Under the pieces are notes generated by a model. That model saw nothing but the letters and a program-made list of their open reading frames with translations, was not told the origin of the DNA and searched no databases. A stretch of DNA of 62,565 bases, the filler included, from Chiloscyllium plagiosum (lineage: Eukaryota), in NCBI RefSeq assembly GCF_004010195.1. It is 4 parts of one record of this genome, joined end to end, with 100 filler letters (N's around TTAATTAATTAA, not from the genome) between each part and the next. Parts side by side here need not be neighbours in the genome. Positions count along the whole stretch, not along the records: positions 1 to 28,444 come from NC_057713.1; 3 more parts are not named here. One strand, given 5' to 3'. Shown one piece after another: positions 1-11,530 of this stretch. The position numbers were made by a program, and so were the translations under genes. How positions within the stretch are numbered: the stretch's first letter is position 1; each line of letters opens with the position of its first letter.

Positions 1-978
1 GTCATTTACATAAATGATTTGGATGTGAGCATAAGAGGTATGGTTAGCAAGTTTGCAGATGATACCAAACTTGGAGGTGTGGTGGACAGCAAAGACGGTT
101 ACCTCAGCTTACAACAGGATCTGGACCAGATGGGCCAATGGGCTGAGAAGTGGCAGATGGAGTTTAATTCAGATAAATGTGAGGTGCTGCATTTTGGGAA
201 AGAAAATCTCAGTAGGACTTATACAATTAATGGTAAGGTCCTAGGGAGTGTTGCTGAACAAAGAGACCTTGGAGTGCAGGTTCATAGCTCCTTGAAAGTG
301 GAGTCGCAGGTAGATAGGATAGTGAAGAAGGCGTTTGGTATGCTTTCCTTTATTGGTCAGAGTATTGAGGATAGGAGTTGGGAGGTCATGTTTCGGCTGT
401 ACTGGACATTGGTTAGGCCACTGTTGGAATATTGCGTGCAATTCTGGTCTCCTTCCTATCAGAAAGATGTTGTGAAACTTGAAAGGGTTCAGAAAAGACT
501 TACAAGGATGTTGCCAGGGTTGGAGGATCTGAGTTGCTGGGAGAGGCTGAACAGGCTGGGGCTGTTTTCCCTGGAGCGTCGGAGGCTGAGGGGTGACCTT
601 ATAGAGTTTTACAAAATTATGAGGGGCATGGATAGGATAAATAGACAAAGTCTTTTCCCTGGGGTCGGGGAGTCCAGAACTAGAGGGCATAGATTTAGGG
701 TGAGAGGGGATTGATATAAAAGTGACCTAAGGGGCAACTTTTTCACGCAGAGGGTGGTACATATATGGAATGAGCTGCCAGGGGATATGGTGGAGGCTGG
801 TATAATTGCAATATTTAAGAGGCATTTGGATGGGTATATGAATAGGAAGGGTTTGGAGGGATATGGGCCGGGTGCTGGCAGGTGGGACTAGATTGGGTTG
901 GGATATCTGGTTGGCATGGACAGGTTGGACCGGAGGGTTTCAATGCTGTACATCTCTATAACTCCATGACTCTATGAC
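1..978 (+). mobile_element. CR1-clade LINE (HER1-type), 3' part: RT C-terminus, 3'UTR and tail
   Basis: ORF 19-714 has [25 protein letters not shown] and LERRRLRGDLIE CR1 RT motifs; ends in (CTCTATGA)n-like tail at about 953-978; left end runs off the window. Confidence 0.95.
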
Positions 979-979
979 C

Positions 980-1212
980 CAGAGGTGGGGGGAGTCTGGG
1001 ACTCACCGTCTGTAATGGTGGTAGAACCACAAACCTTCACAACATTTAAGAATATTTACGTGTGTACTTGTGATACTAAGGCATACAAGGTCGGGGGCAA
1101 GTGCAAGAAATGAGATTAAAATTGTTAGGTGGTGGTTTTTTTGACCACTGCAGACTTGATGGGCTAAAGGGCCGTTTTCTTCATGTCTGCATAGATTTCT
1201 ATGACTCCATAG
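980..1212 (+). mobile_element. Older CR1 3'-end fragment
   Basis: Degenerate CR1 ORF2 end and 3'UTR (gatgggctaaagggcc...ttctatgactccatag). Confidence 0.7.
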
Positions 1213-1794
1213 CTGCTCAAAAAAACATTGGAAAAACCTGTTTGAACAACATAATGTGTGTCATAGTGGCTTGCTTTTATTTTGGATACCCATTCCTTGA
1301 CCTACCAATTGCAAATATCAGCATCATTAACTTGACAGATTATAGTTAATTTGAGTTGATAAAGAAAAAAAAACAAAAGCAGTCATTTTTCATGCTGTGG
1401 AGTTACTTGCAAGATTTTCAATTCAATTGACAAGCTTTGATTGATACGATGGGCAGTAACTTTCCTTCTCAAGTGTAATGAGTAAATGTGAAGTTAAAAA
1501 TCACCCAACACCAGGTTATAGTCCAACAGGTTTATTTGGAAACACTAGCTTTTGGATCATTGCTCCTTCATCAGGCGGTTGTGGAGATTAAGATCATGCT
1601 CACAGAATTTATAGCCAAAGGAGTCCAGTGTCACGGAGATGTGATACAGTAAACAATCTTAGATTAAAACTTTCATTTTTAATGGGATATGCTGGTTTCC
1701 ATTCTTTTGTATGTTAATCCTAGAACTTCTTTTAAATTACATTCTCAAAATAGCTCAGTTTTTTAAACAATAGATGTAAAGTCTGTCTGTGTCC

Positions 1795-4700
1795 ATAAGA
1801 CATAGGAGTGGAAGTGAAGCCATTCGGCCCATCGAGTCCACTCCACCATTTGATCATTGTTGATGGGCACTTCGACTCCACTTACCTGCACTCTCCCCAG
1901 AGCTCTTAATTCCTTGCGAGATCGGGAATGTATCAATCTGTGCCTTGAAGACATTTAACTTTCCCGCCACCATTGCGCCCTGTGGCAATGAATTCCACAG
2001 GCCCACTACTCTCTTGCTGAAGAAATGTCTCCTCAATTCCATTCTAAATTGACCCTCTCTAATTCTAAGGCTGTGCCCACAGCTCCTAGTCTCCCTGCCT
2101 AATAGAAACAACTTCCCAGCATCCACCCTTTTTAAGCTATGCATTATCTTGTAAGTCTCTATTAGATCTTCCCTCAGTCTTCTAAACTCTAGTGACTACA
2201 ATCCCAGGATCCTCAGCCGTTCATCATATGTTAGGCCTACCATTCCAGAGATCATCTGTGTGAATTTACACTGGACACGCTCCAGTGCCAGTATGACCTT
2301 CCTGAGATCTGGGGCCCAAAATTAAACACAAAATTCTAAATGGGGCCTAACTAGAGCTTTATAAAGTCTCAAAAGCACGTCACTGCTTTTATATTTCAGC
2401 CCTCTTGAGATAAATGACAACATTACATTTGCTTTCTTAATCATGGACTCAACCTGTAAGCTAACCTTTAGAGAATCCTGAACCAGCACTCCCAGATCCC
2501 TTTGTACTTCAGCTTTATGAATTTTCTCACCATTTAGAAAATAGTTCGTGTCTGTATTCTTTTTTTCCCAAAGTGCAACACCTCACATTTGCTCATATTG
2601 AATTTCATCAGCCATTTCCTGCACCTCTCTCCTAAACTGTCTAAATCTTTCTGCAGCCTCCCCACCTCCTCAGTAATACCTGCCTGTCCGCCTAACCTCG
2701 TATCATCAGCTAACTTCGTATCATTGGCAAACTTCGCCAGAATGATCCCCATCCCTTCATCCAGATTTATAATATATAAATTGAACAGCTGTGGCCTCAA
2801 CACTGAACCCTGTGGGACACCACTTGTCACCGGCTACCATTCCCAAAAAGAACCTTTTATCCCAACTCTCTGCCTTCTGTCAGACAGTCAATCCTTAATC
2901 CATGCCAGTAGCTCACCTTGAACACCATGGGCCCTCACCTTATTCAGCAGGCTCCTGTGAGGCACCTTATCAAAGGCCTTTTGGAAGTCTAGATAGGTAA
3001 CATCCACTGGATTTCCCTGGTCTAACCTACTTGTTACCTCTTCAAAGAATTCTAACAAGTTTGTCAGGTACAACCTCCCCTTACTAAATCCATGCTTCTA
3101 ATCCAACCCTGCACTTCTAAGAACTTAGAAATCTCATCCTTAACGATGATTCTTGAGTTTTACCAATAACTGAGGTTAGGCTAATTGGCCCATAATTTTC
3201 CATCTTTTGTCTTGATACTTTTTTGAACAAGGGTGTTACAACAGCAATTTTCCAATCATCTGGGACTTGCCTGGACTCCAGTGACTTTTGAAAGATTGCA
3301 GCTAATGCCTCCGCTATTGCCTCAGCCACCTCCCTCAGAACTCTAGGATGTAGCCCATCGGGGCCAGGAGATATTTCAATTTTTAGACCTTTTAGCTTTT
3401 CCAGCACCTTCTCTTGTGTAATGGCTACCATATTCAACTCTGCCCACTGACTCTCCTTAATTGTTGGGATATTACTCATGTCTTCCACTGCGAAGACTGG
3501 CGCAAAATACTTATTAAGTTCTTCAGCTATTTCCTTATCTCCCATCACTAGCCTTCACTAGCTCTCTCTTTATTCTTTGATACATTTGGAGAAACCCAAT
3601 GTCTACTTTTGCCTCTCATTTGTTTCTTATGTATTGAAAGAAACTTTTACTATCATTTCTAATATTACTGGCTGTTGCAAAAGATCTGCCACCCTGTCAA
3701 CCCATAATAGGCCCACAAAAGCAAAATTGGCCAGAATGTACTAAAACACCAAGAATGCCTCAGCTAGGGTCGAAGCAGTCTGACAAGCAAAACTAGACAG
3801 CACTCGCAGAAAAGGGAATACACTTCAAGCTCCTACTAACAATGTCAGAGCACCACAGCTATCCCAAAGCCCCGAAGGCAGTTTCACCCAGCAATACTAA
3901 AGCCACACAAAGGATAGGTCAGACAGAGAGACACCACCAAGAGCACTTCTCCCAAGCTAAGACAATGGAAGTACCTCACCATTTCCGAGGAGACGTTACC
4001 TCCGAACAGGAATGGAAGCTCCGGATCCATCGATACTGCCAGAATGTTGCTTTGTTTAGGGAATTAGGACATTCTTCCGATAACTGTTTTCCGATTAGCA
4101 TCATTGTAACTAGATTACTCCATTTCCAGATAGATTTCAGATACATTGTATTTTCTACCATTTCTAATTAGCCTCATTGTACAGGATTATTATAAAATTT
4201 GGCTTGATCCTCAGCTCGAGGAAGAGAAATTCTTGACTGAATGGGCAGAATGTCTGTGCTGTTTCAGCTTAGTCAGTATCTCTTCCGTGATCTCGCCGTA
4301 CTAATAAACTGTTTGTCAATTTCACTTCAAACTGTGCTTTGTGATCTCTAATTTATTGGACAAATTTCTCCGACACTGGCTAGCCTACCTTCATATTTGA
4401 TCCTCTCCTTCTTTATTTCTCTCTTTGTTATCCTCTATTTGTTTTTGTCGCCTTCCCAATCTTCTTCTTTCCCAGTGCTCTTGGCCACTTCATAGGCTCT
4501 CCCTTTATTCTTTGATACATTTCCTGACTTCCTTTGTCAGCCATGGCTGTCTAATCCCACCCCCACCTCCCTCCCGGATAATCTTTCTTTTCTTTGGGAT
4601 GAACCTCCGTTCTGTGTCCTCAATTACACCCAGAAGCTCCTGCCATTGTTGCTCTACTGTCTTCCCCGCTAGGCTCTGCTTCCAGTCAATTTTCGTCATT

Positions 4701-5369
4701 TCCTCTCTCATGCCCCGTAATTACCTTTAATTACCTGTAATACCATTACTTCCGATTTTCCTTCTCTCTTTCAAACTGCAGACTGAACTCTACCATATTA
4801 TGATCGCTGCCTCCTAAGTGTTCCCTTACTTTAAGATCTTTTATAAAGTCTGGCTCGTTACATAGCACTAAGTCCAGAATAGCCTGTTCCCTTGCGGGCT
4901 CCATCACAAGCTGTTCAAAAAAGCCATCCATGAATTCTCTTTCTTTGGATCCACTGGCAACATTATTCACCCAGTCTACCTGCATATTGAAGTACCCCAT
5001 GATCTCCGTTACCTTGTCTTTCTGACATGCCCTATCTATTTCCTGGTACACCTTGCACCCCTGGTCCTGACCACTGCTGGGAGGTCTGTCCATAACTCCC
5101 ATTGTAATTTTTTTTGCCTTTGTAGTTCCTCAACTCCACCCACACAGACCCCACATCATCTGACCCTATGTCATTCAGTGCCATAGATTAAATTTCATTC
5201 TTAACTAACAAGGCAACCCCACCCCCTCTGCCCACTTCCCTATCTTTTCAATAAGTTGTAAACCCTTGGATATTTAACTGCCAGTTATGGACCCCCTGCA
5301 ACCATATCTCTGTGGTGCCTACTACATCATAATCATTCACGATGATTTGTGCTGTTTATTCATCTACTT
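1795..5369 (-). mobile_element. 5'-truncated CR1 LINE, decayed ORF2 (endonuclease to RT), interrupted by a solo LTR
   Basis: Minus ORF fragments ILDLVLCNE..GGSDHN (EN), SPGPDGLHPRVLRE, YLDFQKAFDKVPH, SGVPQGSVL; TSD TGTGTCC at 1788-1794 and 5370-5376. Confidence 0.93.
3673..4375 (+). mobile_element. Solo LTR, 703 bp
   Basis: TGTTG...CGACA termini, perfect 5-bp TSD CTGGC (3668-3672, 4376-4380), TATAAAA near 4191, AATAAA near 4303; CR1 sequence resumes on both sides. Confidence 0.88.
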
Positions 5370-5626
5370 TGTGTCCCAATGCTATGTCAGACTGACAAAC
5401 CCTCAGTAGAGTTTTACAGAATTTGACATGGATTCATGCAGTTTTTGAGCAAAATAAAGTTTAATTTAAAAGTAGTTCTGGGATTTACATACCAAAGAGC
5501 AAAAACCAGCATATCCCATTATAAAAAATGAAAGTTTTAATCTAAGATTGTTTTCTGTATCACATCTCCACGACACTGGACTCCTTTGGGTATAAATTCT
5601 GTGAGCATAATCTGAACCTCCACAAC

Positions 5627-5661
5627 CACCTGATGAACGAGCAGCACTCTGAAAGCCAGTG
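5627..5661 (+). ncRNA. Degenerate minimal hammerhead ribozyme core in PLE terminus (family A)
   Basis: CAC-CTGATGA-ACGAGCAGCACTCT-GAAA-GCCA-GTG; the opposite-strand copy at about 1543-1577 has GAAA mutated. Confidence 0.55.
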
Positions 5662-6629
5662 CATCCAAATTAATCTGTTGGATATAACCTGGTGTTGTGT
5701 GATTCTTAAATTTGTCCACCCCAGCCCAAAACCGGCACCTCCAAGTGGTTGAGTAAATGTGAAAGTGATTTCCACTCTCGATGATACGATGGGCTAGCAT
5801 GATTAGCTAACTTCATGTGATTGCATGATCGTCTGTAGTGTTCTGGTTTGCCATTGGTTATTTCCTGATTTTTAACTGGTTCAAATCACCCCGAGATCCC
5901 TGGTTCTAGATACTGGATTTATTTAGGGAATGTGAATTGGAGAAGGCAATAGACAGGTGTTTCAGGGTAAAAGAATCCATGCTCTAATTTAACATACCAA
6001 AGGTAAGTATAATGCAAGAAATATAGGTAAATGCAATAAACAGGGAAAGTGACACAATCAACTAAAAAGCACAGTAATACTATTAAATACACTATTAACT
6101 AGATTAAACAGTATTAGAATCTAAAAACAACAGTTTTAATTACAGAATCTTTAATCAGGCTACCTACCGGTGGGGGGGGTCACCACCCACCTTCCTCTCC
6201 TTGCAAGCTCAGTCGGAAACTTCAGCTCACTACCGAAGGAAACGAGGTTTTAAAGTGTTCCTGATTGCTGAGGTTTTTGCCATCAGTTCTCTTGGTTTAG
6301 AACAGGCCCATTTACTTATAATGCATATGTTAAGGTTTTAAAATACATGGAAAAGCTATAATTCCATTAACCCAAGATACTTTGTATAGAAATTGAAAGG
6401 AAGCTGAACAGCTTTTGAACAGTACTCAAAACATACCCCGGTACTGTACTAAAAACATGGAATAATCACACCAGAACACCTGTGCCGAACACTCTTGCAG
6501 GTTTAGTCACTTGTGACATGGTCTTTTTTCTGGAGTTATTTTGCACCTAAGTAACCTCTTCAGGGTTTTATCCCAACACTTTTCATCTGACACTAACACT
6601 AACTCTTCACGCTAAGTAACCAAGTTTAT

Positions 6630-6855
6630 TACATGCAGTTTTCGAGCAAAGTAAAATTTAATTTGAAAGAAATTCTGGGATTTACATACCAAAGAACAGA
6701 AAGCAGCATATCCCATTATAAAAAATGAAAGTTTTAATCTAAGATTGTTTACTGTATCACATCTCCATGACACTGGACTCCTTTGGGTATAAATTCTGTG
6801 AGCATAATCTGAACCTCTATAACCACCTGTTGAAGGAGCAGCACTCTGAAAGCCA
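6630..6855 (+). mobile_element. PLE terminal fragment, near copy of about 5436-5657
   Basis: Collinear with the right arm of the 1493-5749 element; core reads CTGTTGA...GAAAGCCA. Confidence 0.8.
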
Positions 6856-7201
6856 ACCCTTTGTAAGGTCTTTACAGTTTCAAAGTATGTTTAAAGTAAA
6901 CAGTTCTTTCTAAGTGTTTCCTTTTAGCTTTTCAAAAAAATTCTCTTCAAGCTGGTGCTCATTTGCATTGTTCAGTTGTGAAATTCTGCCAATATACACA
7001 AAAAGAATTTCTCAAGCTAAGTCTCAAAATTTGTTTTAGAATAAATTTTCGTGGCTGCAGAAACATTTCCAACCTTGTTATTAATTTCAGAAACTCTGAA
7101 AAGCCTATGTCTCTCTCAAACCCAGAATCTAAGATCCCAAACTTGCAATAAATGACATTAAAACATACATAAAAATCACAGAGTTTACTGTCCCTGGGCC
7201 A

Positions 7202-7817
7202 TGTGAAGACACTGTGGCTGTAAAATAGGTGTTTTGTCTTGGTTTCTTTCAGAGAGACACTGGGGGACAGATGCTAAGCAATCTATGAGAAGGTAAACAA
7301 CTTGTGAGGTCTTAGATTATTTTTTAACTTGGAACAAAAGAAGCACCCTGTGTGGGTGTGGTCAAGCTCTCACACACCTAGGACTTAAAACTAACTTCTG
7401 GCAGATGTTGTTAGAAACTCAGCAGGATTGGACAACAGTGAATCTGTCCTGACTACTACACTCTCTCAGAATTGTCTTTGATAATCTTTCCTCCGGGTTG
7501 GAGAACTATATGTAAGACAATCTTTTTTCTGAATTTGCCTTTTTGGCCAAGGGCGTGTTTATAGGATGTTACTATATTGAAACAGTTACTTAGGTATTAT
7601 GTTAAGTTTTCAAATCGAGTCCAGTTATTTCAGGCTCTTCTTTCTTTTGTTGTATTTTAACTATAGTGTTTGAATAAATTGTGCTTTGCTTAATGTTGAG
7701 TTGTTTGACAAATTGAATTGCATCTGGAACAAAGTACCTGACATTGGCCTTTAAAATAAGGAAGAATTAGGATCTAGGTTAATATATTTTGAGGTGCCTC
7801 TGGTCTGGTCTATAACA
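7202..7817 (+). repeat. 5' LTR of the Gmr1-like element
   Basis: TGTGAAGACACTGTGGCT...GGTCTATAACA, collinear with 13855-14474. Confidence 0.9.
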
Positions 7818-9967
7818 AATTAGGATCGTGTTGGATTGGGTTTAGAATTATTGGACTCAAAGGCAGTGAGAGGTAGGTGTTAGTGTCTTTTATTTCAGGT
7901 GTTGAATTCATTTGGATTAGACAAGGTGTGCCTTTTGTAGTAATGGCTCTTTCAGTCACTGAGAGTTTCTAGGGGTGGAAGAAGTCAGCTTGGTTTTATA
8001 GAAAATGAGCAAGGCTTTTAGAATTGGCAGACCAGCTACATTTGGGGTTGCTTTTTTCTATGCAAAAAGAGGAGGTAATTACATCAATAGTTTGGCATTT
8101 ATGACTGGCAGAAATGCTATTAGAATCTTTAGAAATGGCTAAAATTCAATTGCAAATGAAGCATTAGAGGCAAAAGAAAGAAAAAAGGAAATGAAACAGT
8201 TTGAATTACGATTAAAAACAGAGAAAAAAGAAAAGAAGACAAAGGCCCTAGTAGAAGAAAGGGCGAAAGGGAGAGGGTTTGAACTTTAGAAGTTGGCAAT
8301 TACAGAGGAAAGTTGGCTAAAAAGGTTAGATATGAAAGCAGAAGGTAGGCTTAGTGAGGAGAACAGTGATGATGCATAAACGCATCGTAGCCAAAATCCC
8401 AGGGGGGATCTGTTTAAATATGTTCAATGAGAAGGATGTAGAAGGCTAAACTAATGAAATGGCCGGTGACCATGTGGGTATTGTTGATTCAAACAAAGTT
8501 GGTAGTAGAGCCAGTGAGGTATTTGCATAACTATCAGACAAAGTATCTGGAGAGTATAATGAGGTGGAGAATGCCATCTTGAATGCCATATACGATGGTA
8601 TTGGAAGCCTACAGACAACATTTCAGGAATCTAAGGAGGGAAACTGCTCAAACATACATTGAGTTTGAAATGTCCAAAAGAATTTTTGATAGGTGAATAA
8701 GAGCACTGAAAATAGATCAAGCATGTGTTGCTCTTAGAGATGCGATGATTTTGGAAGAGTTCAAAAATTCACTTCTTGGAGTAGTAAGAACTCATGTGGA
8801 AGAACAGAGAGTTAAAACGGCAAGGTTAGCAGCGGAAATGACTGATGATTATGAGTTGGTTCATAAATCAAAGTTTGTCTTTGGACATCAATTTCAATCT
8901 GAGAGGGATAGAAATTGAGGAAAAGAGAAATCCTCAGGCGGTAAGGACAAATTAGATCTCATTGAAGATGATAAACATAGTTTACCACAAGGTAAAAACC
9001 CATGAGAGGGAACCAGAAGTAAAAAAGCTCAGGTGTTTTCACTGTGATAATGTAGGTCACATGAAGTCACAGTGTTGGTGGTTTAGAAAAAGCGTTGGGT
9101 GAACAGATGTAGGAAAACAGAACAAGCCAGTGAATTTTATTGAAGTGACAAAGGAAAGCCCAGTGGAAGCTAAAAAGCTGCACCCGCATGTGGGACCTGG
9201 TTGGGGGTTGGTTGAGAAAGTAGTGCAGGATCTCTTTAAAGAATTTACTTGCTAACATTTACTCATGTGTGCCAGGAGGAGCAGGTAAAAAAATTAAAAT
9301 TTTAAGAAATACAATAGCATGTCAATCTTTGATATTGAAAAATGACGAGATATGTATTTCAGGAGGAGTATTGCCAGAAAAGGTGGTAATATGTGGAATT
9401 CATAAAGAGGAGCAGTGTTCCATTATGTAAAGTGAGGTTTGAGAGTCCGTTGAAAAATGATGAATGGTGGTCGGACTAATAGAGAAATTCTTGATTCCAG
9501 GAATCCAGTTTCTCCTTGCTAAAGGTATAGCTGGATCACAGGTGGGAGTGATGTCTGTTGTGGTTGAAAAGCCAGTGGAAAATCAGGCAGCTGAGGTATT
9601 AAAGGAAGTATATCTTACGATATTTCCTGACTCTGTGGTAACAAGGTCATAAAGCCACAGGTTGAAGCAGGAGGAGAAATCAAAGAATAAAGATATGGAA
9701 GTCAGCAGAGATCATGTTTAATCAAATGGTTAAGAACAAACAGAACAGGTGGAGGACAGGGTTGATATTTTTAGTTCAGAGAAATTAACTGAATTACAAG
9801 AGGAAGATGAAAATCTAAAGCAATTATATCAAAAAGCATACGCAGAAGAAGAATCTAAGTGTATCCCAGAATGTTACTATCTTAACAACGAAGTCTTGAT
9901 GAGAAAATGGAGACCATCACATGCTTAGCTGGATGAGAAATGGGCAGAAGTTCATCAAGTTGTATTA

Positions 9968-10296
9968 GATTAGATTAGATTAGATTACTTGCAGTGTGGA
10001 AACAGGCCCTTCAGCGCAACAAGTCCACACCGACCCGCTGAAGCGCAACCCACGCAGACCCATTCCCCTATATTTACCCCTTCACCTAACACTACGAGCA
10101 ATTTAGTATTGCCAATTCACCTAACCTGCACATTTTTGGACTGTGGGAGGAAACTGGAGCACCCGGAGGAAACCCACGCAGACACAGGGAGAATGTGCAA
10201 ACTCCACACAGACAGTCGCCTGAGGCGGCAATTGAACCCGAGTCTCTGGCGCTGTGAGGCAGCAGTACTAACCAGTGTGCCACCATGCCGCCATCC
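9968..10296 (-). mobile_element. HE1-type V-SINE inserted in the Gypsy integrase N-terminus
   Basis: tRNA-like head with A/B boxes, V-domain gtgtggagtttgcacattctcc..ggttt cctccgggtgctcc, (TCTAA)n tail; TSD GTATTA (9962-9967, 10297-10302). Confidence 0.93.
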
Positions 10297-10644
10297 GTAT
10301 TATCAGTGGTTATAGAAAGGAGGTGCTGTAGGTTGCACATGTATTACCAATAGAAGGCCATTTGGGAGGAAGGAAAACTCAAGCCAAACTGCAAAATCAT
10401 TTTCATTGGCCTGGACTGCAGAAGGATGAATTTTGTTGGACAAGTCATACATGTCAAGTCATTGGAAAACCTTAGGCAGCGATAAAACCAACACTTTTAA
10501 TACCCATTCCTGCATCTGAGGAACCTTTTACAAGTGTCTTGATCGATTGCGTAGGTCTCTTACCTGAAACAAAATGAGGGAATCAATGTTGACCATAATG
10601 GATGTGTCTACTGGATTTCCAGAGACCATTCGATTCCACGGTAT

Positions 10645-11530
10645 CATAAGACTATTAGAAGTAGGAGCAGAAATTAGGCCATTCAGCCTATTGAGTCTGC
10701 TCTGCCATTTAATCATGGCTGATAAGTTTTTCAACTCCATTCTCCCACTTTCTCCCTATAACCCTTGAACCCATTGATACTCAAGAACCTATCACAGTCT
10801 GAAATGTACTCAATGACCTGGCCTGCACAGCCTTCTGTGGCAGTGAATTCCATAGTTTCACCACTCTCTGGCTGAAGAAGTTCCTCCGTATCTCCATTGT
10901 AAAAGGTCTTCCATTTACTCTAAGGCTATGCCCTAGGCTCCTAGTATCTCATATCAATGGAAATATCTTCCCAACATCTACTCTGTCCAGGCCATTCAGC
11001 ATTCTGTATGTTCAGATTAGATGCACCCTCACCCTTCTAAACTCCTTAGAGTATAAATGCAGAGTCCTCAAACATTTCTCATACATTAAGCTGTTCATTC
11101 CTGGGACCACTCATGAACCTCCACTGAACATGCTCCAGAGCCAGTACTACTTTCTTGGGGCCCAAAACTGTGCACAATATACTAAATGTGGTCTGACCAG
11201 AACCGTATAGAGCTCAGAAGTATATCCCTTCAAGTCCTCTCAAAGTAATTGCCATAATTGCATTTGCCTTCCTAACTACTGACTCAACCTGCAAGTTTAC
11301 CTTGAGAGAATCCTGCACTAGAACTCCCAAGTCTCGTTGCACTTCAGACTTCTGAATTTTTTCTCCATCTAGAAAATAGTCCATGCCTCTATTCTTTCTA
11401 CCAAAGCGCATGACCTCACATTTTCCCACATTGTACTCCATGTGCCACTTCTTTGCCCACTCTCCGAACTTGCCCAAATCATTCTGCAGCCTCCCCACCA
11501 CCTCAATACTATCTGTCCCTCTACCTATCT
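10645..11530 (-). mobile_element. 5'-truncated CR1 inserted in the Gypsy integrase core
   Basis: RLQNDLGKFGEWAKKWHMEYNVGKCEV..QRDLGVLV; integrase reading resumes as KRIVKEFL after 11531. Confidence 0.9.

Larger units (their letters stand above)
1493..5749. mobile_element. Penelope-like element made of two inverted termini (arms about 1493-1794 and 5377-5749), split by a later CR1
   Basis: Left arm is largely the reverse complement of the right arm; each has a hammerhead-like core; flanked by 14-bp direct repeat TGAGTAAATGTGAA (1479-1492, 5750-5763). Confidence 0.8.

Noticed and set aside
1442..1454. 13-mer TGATACGATGGGC repeated at 5782 as an alternative TSD
   Set aside because: It lies outside the element ends; the 14-mer abutting both arms is the better TSD.
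9989..10340. ORFs over HE1 SINEs (also 21701-22070 and 48082-48500)
   Set aside because: Recurrent translations of a non-coding SINE.
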